The notes under the pieces are model-generated. The model worked only from the letters and a program-made list of their open reading frames with translations. It searched no databases and was not told the DNA's origin. Both the position numbers and the translations under genes were made by a program. A stretch of 43,809 nucleotides of DNA from Candidatus Iainarchaeum sp. (lineage in GTDB: Archaea; Iainarchaeota; Iainarchaeia; JAGGVJ01), in contig JAGGVJ010000038.1 of assembly GCA_021158055.1 (NCBI GenBank), forward strand, positions 1 to 43,809, read 5' to 3'. Positions 1-8,606 of the stretch are shown here, one piece after another; within the stretch, counting starts at the first letter, position 1; each line of letters begins with the position of its first letter.

Positions 1-187
1 ATACAAAGGGGTTATATATAAATAATCTATTTATTGCCATTGAAGAAAAGAAGTATATTAAAACACCATTAAGACAAAGAAGTAATAAAAAATAAAAAAT
101 AATTATATCTAAAATTCTACCATATTTTTCAAATGGCATCTTAAAACTTGTTAAAACAACCTCTATTGCATTCATAATATCATCCAT
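1..187 (-). CDS. Putative membrane protein, N-terminal part, runs off the window edge
   Basis: Manual translation from ATG 187 gives MDDIMNAIEVVLTSFKMPFEKYGRILDIIIFYFLLLLCLNGVLIYFF..., open to position 1, with a hydrophobic stretch. Not in the ORF track. Confidence 0.4.
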   Translation of the reverse strand, partial: MDDIMNAIEVVLTSFKMPFEKYGRILDIIIFYFLLLLCLNGVLIYFFSSMAINRLFIYNPFV

Positions 188-268
188 TAATAATCTTTAG
201 TTTGACATGCAATACTATTATATCAACGCATTTAAAAACATAATCCCCTTGTTTCTAATCTAAACGAC

Positions 269-964
269 TTACAGCACTTCAATGGTTATCGAATCCTGTA
301 TTATCCAGCATTCGTAGGGGTAATGTGTTATTGTTGGCGCGTAAATTTCCCCTTTTATCTCCTTTGTTTTTCCCTGGTTTAAACTCAACTGAACTGCTTG
401 TGCTTTGTCCCAACCTGCTTTTGCGCTTTCAGAACTGTTTTGAGTTGAAAATATTATGTTGAGCTCAACAGCGGTTGAATTGTTGTTTTTAACCTTAAAT
501 GTCGGCGTGCAGGGGTGTGTTTCATCATTTTGTGTATCTGATTCAAATCCTGAAACAAGAATATTTTTTAGCTTTTCTTGTTTTTCATCCGTTATCGGCA
601 CAATTTCTCCTTCTATTGATGTGGTTGTGTCAGTTATTTCCGGTTTAATTTCCTGATCATTATCTAACGTTTTTTGTTCATTATCAGTTATTAAAGGCGC
701 CACCATCGAATTTGGTGGATTTACTGCTTGTGTTTCAGGAATTTTTGGCTCTTCGGGAGCATTAAGGCATTTGTGATACCCAAGACATTTTTGACCTGCA
801 CCACAATCACTATCTATATTGCATTTTCCCGGAGCAAGAAAACAAGTGCCTGTTGCATTATCATAAATTTCATATGTTTGACAGTGCCCAAAGAAAAATC
901 CCCACAGCATCCAAATCAAAACAAGCAAAAAGATCACAAATATTTTTGTAAGCGGGTGATCCAT
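269..964 (-). CDS. Hypothetical membrane-anchored/secreted protein with Cys-rich module
   Basis: Likely start at ATG 964 (MDHPLTK). N-terminal TM helix, small Cys-rich motif (CNIDSDCGAGQKCLGYHKC), P/E/T-rich linker and beta-rich C-terminal domain. Confidence 0.7.
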   Translation of the reverse strand: MDHPLTKIFVIFLLVLIWMLWGFFFGHCQTYEIYDNATGTCFLAPGKCNIDSDCGAGQKCLGYHKCLNAPEEPKIPETQAVNPPNSMVAPLITDNEQKTLDNDQEIKPEITDTTTSIEGEIVPITDEKQEKLKNILVSGFESDTQNDETHPCTPTFKVKNNNSTAVELNIIFSTQNSSESAKAGWDKAQAVQLSLNQGKTKEIKGEIYAPTITHYPYECWIIQDSITIEVL

Positions 965-1233
965 TAATTTATTTATATTACAATAATTGATCCAGATCAT
1001 AACCTAACAACTCAATAAACATTATTATGTTTTTCTAACTTAATTAAAGAAAAACTTTGTTTCTTTTAGAAATACTTTATTTCTATTAACCATTTTTGCA
1101 ATAAAAAAACCCAATATATTATAATCTAAAAAATCTTTATGTTAAAGTATATATAGTATACACCGTATATATCATATTTTTCTCAGGATTATTAAACTAA
1201 ACATAAGAATCCAGAACAATAAGAGGTGATTTG

Positions 1234-1482
1234 ATGGCGAAACCAATCAGGGCAACGCCTGTTTTGACTGGTGAGGCCGGAAACAGGTTTTTGGAGTCAA
1301 TGATTAAAAAACAGGATTCCAAGATAACAAAAAAGGAGATTGAGTTAAGTGAAAATGTTAAGAATTTTATTCAATTTTCAAGAGAAATAATGTCTTTTCA
1401 CAAACACCCTATTTTCAAAAATCTATTTAAGTTTTCCCTTTATATTAATAAATATGAAATCAAAAACCCTTGCAATACATAA
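1234..1482 (+). CDS. Small hypothetical protein, possibly antitoxin-like
   Basis: Strong SD (GAGGTGAT) before ATG 1234. The N-terminus MAKPIRATPVLTGE..RFL resembles small proteins I recall from TA-like pairs. The C-terminal ~35 aa look like read-through into AT-rich DNA. Confidence 0.5.
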   Translation: MAKPIRATPVLTGEAGNRFLESMIKKQDSKITKKEIELSENVKNFIQFSREIMSFHKHPIFKNLFKFSLYINKYEIKNPCNT

Positions 1483-1782
1483 AAAATTCAATGTAGACAC
1501 ACTTAGAAACAGGTCTACGGCCAGAAGCATCGTGAAAGCATCGATAATTTGGATCAATCAGGTCCAATTGAACTTGATTTTAAAGGCATATCGTTTATTT
1601 CCCGTTCTTTTTGTCATGAATTATTAAGCAACATTAAAACCAAAAAAAACATTAAATTCAAAAACACCAATACAGAGATAGAAAACATGATTAACGCTGT
1701 GACTAATCAAAAAAATAAAGACAAAATCAAAATAAAACACATTAAAGAAGTTGATTTAAGCAAAGTTGTTTTGAAAGCCTAA
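1454..1782 (+). pseudogene. STAS-like (DUF4325-type) protein, frameshifted
   Basis: The ATG 1454 frame gives MKSKTLAIHKKFNVDTLRNRSTARSIVK. After a 1-nt shift near 1535-1540 it continues IDNLDQSGPIELDFKGISFISRSFCHELL (lDFxgvxFisxSF motif). Confidence 0.65.
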
Positions 1783-1835
1783 TCAAGGGTATTTTGAAGG
1801 ACCTGTGTTTTTTAGTTCAAATCTCAATCCGATAA

Positions 1836-2010
1836 ACAGAAAGTGTTAATCCTCTGATTATTTGAAAAAACTGCGTAAAAGAGATGCAGTACTTGGAAGT
1901 TACCTGGGGACAAATTGTCCCCTGGTGGAAATGCTGACTGAAACAAAGACAACGGGAACTGTTTTGCAGGGAATACAAATGGTGTTTTTCGGATTATTCA
2001 ATCAATTACA
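1836..2010 (+). pseudogene. Bro-N/phage antirepressor-like gene remnant
   Basis: Manual translation across frameshifts gives TESVNP / DYLKKLRKRDAVLGSYLGTNCPLVEMLTE / AGNTNGVFRIIQSI, matching Bro-N-type motifs (GTNCP, FRIIQSI). Start and C-terminus are missing. Confidence 0.7.
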
Positions 2011-2100
2011 AATATTTATATAGTAATATCATTTTATATTATAATATAAATAAGTATTATAATAACATTGTAATATAAATATGTATTAATAAGTGATTTT

Positions 2101-3417
2101 ATGGCAAATGATTTTGTTTCTGTTTGGGAGATATATGGCTTAAATTTGGATCCTTTTTCCACGGCTCCGATTCTTGTAAAGGGGAATTTAATTCCGCCTG
2201 AAGTTTTCACGGGCAGAATAAACGAATTAAAGCGCTTGGAGAAGCTTTTTGGGTCTTCTGGTGGTTCAAGGTCCATTGTGTTCGGAACGCAGGGTGTCGG
2301 GAAAACAACTCTTGTAAATATTGCCCGCATAAATGCATTGGAGCATAATTTTTTTACTCCTTATCAGGAGATAAAGGTTGACATAAATTGGAGTGTTGAT
2401 GATTTTATTGTCAACACTCTTTCCGCAATATATTCAACTTTAATAAAAAAGCCAAAGCAAAATGAAGAGTATTCAAAAATAATTAGCAAATTAAAGCTCT
2501 TGTTTGACTTATATGAAAAACGTGAACAAGGCGGTTCTTTTGAAGTCGGGGTCTTGGGCACTTCAATTGGCGCGGGGCTGACAAAAAATACCCTCATAAA
2601 TAAACCATTGATTAGCACCACGTATTTAGAGGAGTTGTTTAAAGAAACTGTGGATTCAATTCTTAACCTTGGTTTTAGGGAGATTATCATCCATTACAAC
2701 AATTTGGATAATTTTGATGAGGAAGAAGAGAAAATTAAAATTTTGTTTAACGGTGTCCGGGATTTTACTCAGACGCCTTTTGTTCATTTTGTTTTTATCG
2801 GAAGTCCGACCACTGCGTCAATAATAACTTCCATCCCGCGGGTTTCAAATATTTTCAATGACACGCCAATGCAACTTGAACCTCTTTCATTGCCTGAGAT
2901 AAAAAAAACTATTTGTTCAAGAGTAAAGGTTTCGGCAATTGAGGGCCTCAAATATTTCAATCCGGTAACAGATGAATCAATTGAAACACTGTACAGCTTG
3001 CATAATGGAAACATCCGCGCAATATTCAATGCTCTTTCAATTGCAATTAGAGAGGTTACGGAAGAAAAGCCGGTTTCGCTAACAAATGAATTGTTAAAAT
3101 CTGTTCTTTATAAGATTGCTAAAAAAAGATTTATTGATAAAACCACTCACACGTTAAAGGAAGTGTTGATAGAGATGCTCCATCAGGAAGAAAGTTCAAA
3201 CAAGACCATTTCAAGAAGTTTAGATAAGCAGCCTCAAAATGTTTCCAAGTATCTTAAAGATTTGAAGGAATTGCAGTGTATTTATTTAACAAGAATCGAA
3301 TCAAAAGAGAAATACTACGCTGTATCAGAAGGGGTTAAATGGTTATTATTAACTGACGGGGAAATCGACGAAGAACAAGATATTAATGCTAAACAGACCA
3401 CACTTAAACAACATTAA
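2101..3417 (+). CDS. AAA+/P-loop ATPase with C-terminal winged helix-turn-helix
   Basis: FTGRxxEL, Walker A GTQGVGKT, atypical Walker B IIIHYNNLD, GNIR sensor-II-like motif, and C-terminal wHTH (ISRSLDKQPQNVSKYLKDL). Confidence 0.85.
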   Translation: MANDFVSVWEIYGLNLDPFSTAPILVKGNLIPPEVFTGRINELKRLEKLFGSSGGSRSIVFGTQGVGKTTLVNIARINALEHNFFTPYQEIKVDINWSVDDFIVNTLSAIYSTLIKKPKQNEEYSKIISKLKLLFDLYEKREQGGSFEVGVLGTSIGAGLTKNTLINKPLISTTYLEELFKETVDSILNLGFREIIIHYNNLDNFDEEEEKIKILFNGVRDFTQTPFVHFVFIGSPTTASIITSIPRVSNIFNDTPMQLEPLSLPEIKKTICSRVKVSAIEGLKYFNPVTDESIETLYSLHNGNIRAIFNALSIAIREVTEEKPVSLTNELLKSVLYKIAKKRFIDKTTHTLKEVLIEMLHQEESSNKTISRSLDKQPQNVSKYLKDLKELQCIYLTRIESKEKYYAVSEGVKWLLLTDGEIDEEQDINAKQTTLKQH

Positions 3418-3530
3418 AATAAGAACGCTTTACCTTCTGTCATTAAACAACACAAGCCCAACCATGACCCTTAAAACAATAAAGATATCACTCGATCTGA
3501 AAGTCTGGCTAAATCTTCAGGTCCTTTTCT

Positions 3531-4619
3531 TCATATCAATTCGTTTTCAATGTTGATTTCGCCGTGCAGGTCTTCCAGCATTTTGTTTTTTATCTGTTCG
3601 TAGCTGAAGTTTTGCGCGAGCAGCCAGGCAAGTTTTGTTGTTATTGATTCGATGCTCATGTCAAAGGCGGGAATGGCCAGGTCTTTGTCTTTTAGCATCT
3701 TGCCTGAGTCGTTTACCTGGAAACTGGCTATGCCGTTGGGGGCTTGGGTGGTGACGACAATCGGGATGTTGTTTTTTTTCAGGTATTCAAAACCTTCTAT
3801 TAAGTGCGTGCTTGCGTCTCCTGCGCCGAATGCCCTGAAGATGAATGCTTTTGTGTTGTTGTTTTCAACCAGTATCCGGAAGATATCCGCGGACATGCCT
3901 GGAAATTCCGTAAGGGATGCAATGCTTGCGGTATCAAAATCTTTTGACGCTGAGCACCCGGGACTGGATGGCGAGGGGCTTGACTTTCGAGAGGTAGGCT
4001 ATGTGTTTGTTCAATGCATCTTCGTCTATCCGGATGAACCGCCCGATCTGGCCCAGCGAGCCGGTGATGAAAGATTGGAAGGGGTCATAGTCAAAATCTG
4101 TGCCTTTTTTGATTCTTGCGCCTGATATGATCTTGCTTCCGAAAACACAGACGACTCCTTTGATTGGGTGATATCCCCAGACAGCAAGCCTCAATGAGTT
4201 TACCAGGTTGGTGACGGCGTCAGTCCCTAAGTATCCCGGGGGGACTTGCGCGCCTGTCAGAATAACCGGCTTGTTGATGTTTTCCAGGGCAAAAGAAAGC
4301 GCGGCTCCCGTGTACCCCATTGTGTTTGTTCCGTGCAGTATGATAAACGCATCAAATTTGTCATAGGATTCGGTTATTTTTTCTGCAAGAATCGCCCAAT
4401 TTTGCGGCAGCATGTCTGAGCTGTCAACGTCAAAAAGTTCTTCGACCACGGGCTCGATTTCAATCCCCCAGTTTTTTTTCACGATGTTCACTGAATCATT
4501 GACTATCGGCATAAAGCTGCTGGAGTCGGAATCAATGCATTCCGAGACATCGTTTTTAGCGACTTTTCCGGCGATTGTTCCGCCTGTCAGAAGAAGCAAT
4601 ACCCGTTTTTTTTTTGCAT
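3531..4619 (-). pseudogene. ansA: L-asparaginase (type I-like) interrupted by two frameshifts
   Basis: TGGTIAG, DSSDM, HGTNTM and TGAQ motifs in 3934-4728, with the C-terminal domain in 3531-3896. The frames join at an A4 run (3942-3945): VK-DFDTASIASLTEFPGMS. The probable ATG at 4619 is out of frame because of an A10 run (4606-4615). Confidence 0.85.
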
Positions 4620-4650
4620 AGGTGTCCGTACTATTTACTGACAAGGATAA

Positions 4651-4660
4651 TTTATAAATA
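4651..4660 (-). promoter_or_regulatory. TATA-box candidate for the asparaginase gene
   Basis: TATTTATAAA on the minus strand about 32-40 nt upstream of ATG 4619. Confidence 0.45.
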
Positions 4661-4951
4661 ATACTATTTCGCGCCTGTGTCGACGGGTTAAAGAAGTCTG
4701 GATGGGTAATAAATGCGACTTCACCCACACATCAAAAGAATAACACTTTACTTCCTGCCATCAGACACCACAAGCCCGACGTTGGCTTCAAATGCATTGA
4801 TTGGCGGATGCGCTAATCCTTCGTGGCAGCACCTGCCTTCTTCAGGCAAAGAACAGGGTTTTTCAGGGTGCAAATTGGCCCGCACACCCTTCCTTCGTCC
4901 CCTGCCGAAGCATTCGCAAACTTTATAACTTTCCCGCCATTAATTTAAATC

Positions 4952-5575
4952 ATGGGAGAAGAGGATATAACCACAACCATAGACAGCTATGATAAAACAG
5001 TGGGTGATTACATAAAGAATGCTGATGGTTTGCATCCTGTTAAGGAGGCAAAAAGATTCCTTTCCTATTTAGATAAACACGCCTTGATTCTTGACTTGGG
5101 GTGCGGTCCGGGAAGGGATGCAATAATATTCACTCAAAAAGGGTTTCGGGTTGTCGGAATTGACCTTTCAAAGAAAATGATTGAAAGGGCAAAAACCAGG
5201 TTTAAGTCTGCTGAATTCAAGGTAATGGATGTCAGAAAACTGAAGTTCAGTGACGGGCATTTTGACGGTGTCTGGGCAAGCGCCATTTTTTTGCATGTCC
5301 CGAAAAAGGATGTTCCTGCGACGTTAAAGGAAGCGCATCGGGTCTTGAAAAAGAACGGGGTTTTTTATGTTTCTGCCAAGGAAGGCAGTGGCGAAATCCT
5401 GAAGCCTGACAAAAGGTATCCTGGAGATATCAAAAAGTTCTGGTCATTTTTTCAGGAAGAAGAACTGGTAAACGAATTGAAGAAAGCCGGTTTTGATGTT
5501 CTGGATTCATATACTGAAAAGCAGGACAATCCTTATGCAAAAACCCGTTTCATAAACATCCTTTGCAGAAAATAA
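4952..5575 (+). CDS. Class I SAM-dependent methyltransferase
   Basis: Motif I ILDLGCGPG, VVGIDLS, FDGVWA and LLH-like FLHVP. Confidence 0.9.
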   Translation: MGEEDITTTIDSYDKTVGDYIKNADGLHPVKEAKRFLSYLDKHALILDLGCGPGRDAIIFTQKGFRVVGIDLSKKMIERAKTRFKSAEFKVMDVRKLKFSDGHFDGVWASAIFLHVPKKDVPATLKEAHRVLKKNGVFYVSAKEGSGEILKPDKRYPGDIKKFWSFFQEEELVNELKKAGFDVLDSYTEKQDNPYAKTRFINILCRK

Positions 5576-5596
5576 CTTCAGACCTTATTACAAAAC

Positions 5597-6433
5597 TCAT
5601 TCAGTAAGCCGTGTGGCTTCCAGTATTGGGAGGTTTGCTTCGGTGGGCACGTATATCACTTCGGAGGTTTCGTTTTGCAGGCCCTGGACCCACAGGTACA
5701 GGATGTAATCTTTGTCTATTGAATCAGCGATTATTTTGTTTGCTTCTGCAACTCCTTTTGCCCTTTCGACTTCTATTTCCGCGTCTTTTGTGGCTGCAAG
5801 CAGTTCAAATTCTTTTCTTTGCGCTTCTTGTTCTTTCTGCAGTTTGAGTTCGATTGCGTCGGTTAATTTTTGCGGTAAAGTGATTCCGCGAAGCAGGATG
5901 TCTTCGATTATTATGCCTCTGCTTTGCAGTTTTTGAATCAGGTTGTCTTTTATTTTGTTTGAGATTTCTTTTCTTCCGGATTGGGAGTAAATTGTTTTTG
6001 CTTCGTAGCCGGAGATCGTGTCCCTGAATTCGTTTCGGATATACGGCACGATTAATGTGTCCTTAAAATTCGCATTGACGTTTTTTCGCAGTTCTGCAAC
6101 CATTGTTGGCTCAAGGTGATAGAGCACGCTTGCATCGAGTGTAATGATTAGCCCTTCTGATGACGGGACCGATGAACTTTCCCCTATTTCCTGTGTTTTT
6201 ACATCGTAGACTTCAATTGATTCTACAAACGGGATTATTATTGCAACCCCTGTTCCGATTTCCTCATCACTTATGTGCCCGAATGTTTTTTTCACTCCGA
6301 CTTGTCCGTCTTCAATAATGTAAATCATGATTGGGGCAAGCAATATGACAATGCCTACCAGAATAATCAGTGTAATTAAGACACCGGAAAAAGCTTTGTT
6401 TTCTTTAACAAATTTAATTGTAACATCTTCCAT
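5597..6433 (-). CDS. SPFH/band-7 (prohibitin-like) membrane protein
   Basis: N-terminal TM helix, GQVGVKKTFG, SSEGL..LDASVLY, coiled-coil AEIEVERAKGVAEAN. Start uncertain (6433 or 6457). Confidence 0.9.
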   Translation of the reverse strand: MEDVTIKFVKENKAFSGVLITLIILVGIVILLAPIMIYIIEDGQVGVKKTFGHISDEEIGTGVAIIIPFVESIEVYDVKTQEIGESSSVPSSEGLIITLDASVLYHLEPTMVAELRKNVNANFKDTLIVPYIRNEFRDTISGYEAKTIYSQSGRKEISNKIKDNLIQKLQSRGIIIEDILLRGITLPQKLTDAIELKLQKEQEAQRKEFELLAATKDAEIEVERAKGVAEANKIIADSIDKDYILYLWVQGLQNETSEVIYVPTEANLPILEATRLTE

Positions 6434-6554
6434 AATAATCACTTTTTTTCTGGACAAAAATACTTAATTGAAGACCATTATCCCAATAAATCTAAAAGGC
6501 TAATAAAACTGACGCGCTGTTTTTATTTAAACCTGTTGGCAGTGAACCTTCAAA

Positions 6555-6867
6555 TCACTTCTTTTTTTCTTTGAGCTTCCTGTGCATTTCAATTGCCACG
6601 ATTCCCAAAAGCAAAAGCAGGAACGGGATATAAAACACAGGGGAAAACATGAAGAACGATTCATGCACTTGCTTTTGCGTCTCTTCAAGGTAACCGGAAT
6701 CACTGAAACCGCTGCCGAAACCGTTTGACATCAGCTCAAGGTTTTTGTCTGCCGAGTCAAAGGCCAGCAGCAGGATGAATGCAACCATCACGGCAAGAAT
6801 CAGGCCCATCGAAAAACCTTTCCTGCTGGTGGAAAACAATTCCTTGTGCCTGTCAAAAAACCCCATG
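6555..6867 (-). CDS. Small hypothetical membrane protein (2 TM)
   Basis: Two hydrophobic segments and a basic C-terminus. Probable ATG start at MGFFDRHK. Confidence 0.6.
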
Positions 6868-7055
6868 GTAACAATTGAAACAAACACTAAAATAAGGTTT
6901 TTGGGTGCAGCAAGAACTATTAAGGAAAAACTTTATGTCTTAAGGAAGAAGATTATTTCTTAAAGAAAAAAACCCAGCAACCACCCCTCCTTTTTAGGTG
7001 GATTATTTTTTCCCTTTTATCAAGTCAAACCAAAAATAGATTTTTTCAATTAAAA

Positions 7056-7092
7056 TGTTGTGTTCACCGCATCAAAAACAGTGAACACAACA
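7056..7092. repeat. Perfect 12-bp inverted repeat with 13-nt spacer
   Basis: TGTTGTGTTCAC-cgcatcaaaaaca-GTGAACACAACA. Confidence 0.85.
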
Positions 7093-7142
7093 ATCAATTA
7101 AGTCAGGGGTTTATCGGTTCTTCTATTTTTTCAGTGAATGTA

Positions 7143-7268
7143 ATTAGGGCGGGAACTGTCCGAATCCAAGCCTGTTGGAGACAATGCCTTTACTGTTTGT
7201 TGTACAAGCAAACAGCAAGTGTTATCTATGAATCAGGAAGCCCCATCCGTGAGGGTGGGGTGGTTCAC
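7143..7268 (+). ncRNA. TnpB omega-RNA (reRNA) scaffold / IS200-IS605 right end without tnpB ORF
   Basis: AGGGCGGGAACTGTCCGAATCCAAGCCTG...ATGAATCAGGAAGCCCCATCCGTGAGGGTGGGGTGGTTCAC. This is the typical tnpB 3' tail (RAGTVRIQAC...SMNQEAP) with nested stems, subterminal hairpin and TCAC cleavage site. It is 62/70 nt identical to 34067-34136. Confidence 0.8.
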
Positions 7269-7572
7269 GCACTCTTTTGTATGGGTTGTCTGTGGTTTCA
7301 AAAAGTATTGTTTTTCCTGTTAAGTTTGAGGGAATGACTCTCCCGGCTTTTTTTACAGTGAAAAAAACGTGTTGAGATGTCTGTTTTTGTGTCTGTTTTT
7401 TGCTTTGTTTTGTTTTTGTTTCAAGGCGTTCCACGCGGTCGACTATCACTTGCGAGTCGTTTACTGTTGCGCGCATTCCTGATCCAAGGAAGCCGTTTTT
7501 TACTGTACCCACGAATACGAAGCCGATTCCCTGAATTTTTGAGCTTCCCTTGACGAGAACCATTGCACCCAT
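7222..7572 (-). CDS. Small EF-Tu domain II-like beta-barrel protein; C-terminus runs into the IS right end
   Basis: KIQGIGFVFVGTVKNGFLGSGM resembles the translation-factor domain II pattern (I.G.GTV.vG.V..G.l..G). Probable ATG at 7572. The last ~15 codons come from the IS end. Confidence 0.6.
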   Translation of the reverse strand: MGAMVLVKGSSKIQGIGFVFVGTVKNGFLGSGMRATVNDSQVIVDRVERLETKTKQSKKQTQKQTSQHVFFTVKKAGRVIPSNLTGKTILFETTDNPYKRVREPPHPHGWGFLIHR

Positions 7573-7644
7573 GAATTTATTTGATTTGGTGTTGTTTAAA
7601 TATCTTCTGAATTTTTTCAGATGCCACATGCTGTACTGCATGTT

Positions 7645-8433
7645 TCACATGTTTCCGAATACTATTTTTCCCACAAAAAGAACTGTCAAAAACGTTGCTG
7701 CTGCGAGTTCTTTTGTTCTCCAGGTCTTTTCTTTTTTGATGATTTTTGCAGCGGTTAAAAATATCCACAGCGCAAAGAGATATGCCGCCATGAGCGATGT
7801 TGAAAAGAATATCGGGTGACTCCAGGCCCCAATCATTTCCCCCGCAAGCTCATCAAACAAGGTCATGGCTCCTGTTGCAACTGCAAGGTGTCTTTCTTTT
7901 CCGCGTTGGAAAAGGGAAAATGCCGCCAGATATGAGGGGATCGCAATGAATATTGAAGGGGAGTTCAGCAGGTTGAGTACAAATAGATCAAAAGTAATAA
8001 GCACTGCGGTTCCGATGATGAATGTTTTTGAGAAAAGTTTTTCTTTCAGGTGGTGGTGTTCTTCAAAGTGCGTCCACAAGTTGTATGACGCCCAGAATAT
8101 CACCCCGTATCCGGGCATTATCCATGTTGGCGCTCCAAATGCCATTCCTGTAGTGTAAGTGAACCACCCGAGGTTTGCCCCGAGTATCTCGTGGAATATT
8201 CCGATAAGTGATGCACCGACAAGCATTGTTTTTTCTTCAGTTGTTGTTGAGTTTTTCCAAAATACAAACCAAAGCATCGAAAGATAAAAAACCGGCAATA
8301 GCTCGTCTTTTGTAAAGGAGTAGTAAACAAGTATTGCAACTATGTTTATAATGCAAAACACGGTGAATTGTTTTGTGTTGTTTAAAACGTTTTCTTCAAT
8401 TGTTTTCAGTTTGCCTGCCATATTCTGAAGCAT
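7645..8433 (-). CDS. Multi-pass membrane protein with internal duplication (DUF2878/CruF-like motif)
   Basis: About 8 hydrophobic segments. Repeats HEILGANLGWFTY and FDELAGEMIGAWSH, plus GAPTWIMPGYG. Probable start at MLQNMAGK. Confidence 0.7.
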   Translation of the reverse strand: MLQNMAGKLKTIEENVLNNTKQFTVFCIINIVAILVYYSFTKDELLPVFYLSMLWFVFWKNSTTTEEKTMLVGASLIGIFHEILGANLGWFTYTTGMAFGAPTWIMPGYGVIFWASYNLWTHFEEHHHLKEKLFSKTFIIGTAVLITFDLFVLNLLNSPSIFIAIPSYLAAFSLFQRGKERHLAVATGAMTLFDELAGEMIGAWSHPIFFSTSLMAAYLFALWIFLTAAKIIKKEKTWRTKELAAATFLTVLFVGKIVFGNM

Positions 8434-8570
8434 GTTTTTCCCTTGCGTTTTGTGTATTCTTTTTTTGTTTTGAAATTCTTGCCCTGCAACCTGTTGAAGT
8501 TGCCTGTTTAATTTTTCCTGTTTTGCTGAGAATAAGCTGTTGTTGCCTGTTATTATTTTCAGTTGGCAGT

Positions 8571-8606
8571 AATTTATAATTGTGTTGGAATTTATAATTG
8601 TGTTGG
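8571..8606. repeat. 18-bp tandem duplication in a divergent promoter region
   Basis: AATTTATAATTGTGTTGG x2. Confidence 0.8.

Noticed and set aside
1196-1212. Possible target of the 34137+ guide (AAC-ATAAGAAT)
   Set aside because: Only 8 guide bases match and the upstream motif is TAAAC, not TTAAC, which is expected by chance in AT-rich DNA.
1900-1935. ORB-like box (CCTGGTGGAAAT) and GGGGACAA-A-TTGTCCCC palindrome next to a Cdc6-like ATPase, as a replication origin
   Set aside because: The stretch is explained as Bro-N coding remnant (LGTNCPLVEM). No repeated ORBs are visible, and the ATPase lacks a canonical Orc1/Cdc6 Walker B.
4620-4950. N-terminal extension of asparaginase and short ORFs 4713-4928 and 4801-4992
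   Set aside because: No recognisable motifs. A TATA box and ATG at 4619 explain the gene start better, and I could not support an RNA structure here.
6976-7005. Possible degenerate IS end on the minus strand (GGAGGGGTGGTT)
   Set aside because: Only a 9-nt match to the right end, with a weak hairpin and no TCAC terminus.
6900-7300. Apparent switch from A/C-rich to G/T-rich intergenic DNA as an origin signature
   Set aside because: This is an impression by eye only. Codon endings left of the point do not clearly switch and A/C-rich patches recur at ~12.9 kb. It needs a computed cumulative skew.
7134-7337. 67-aa plus-strand ORF
   Set aside because: It is a shadow of the omega-RNA/tnpB tail and overlaps an opposite-strand gene.
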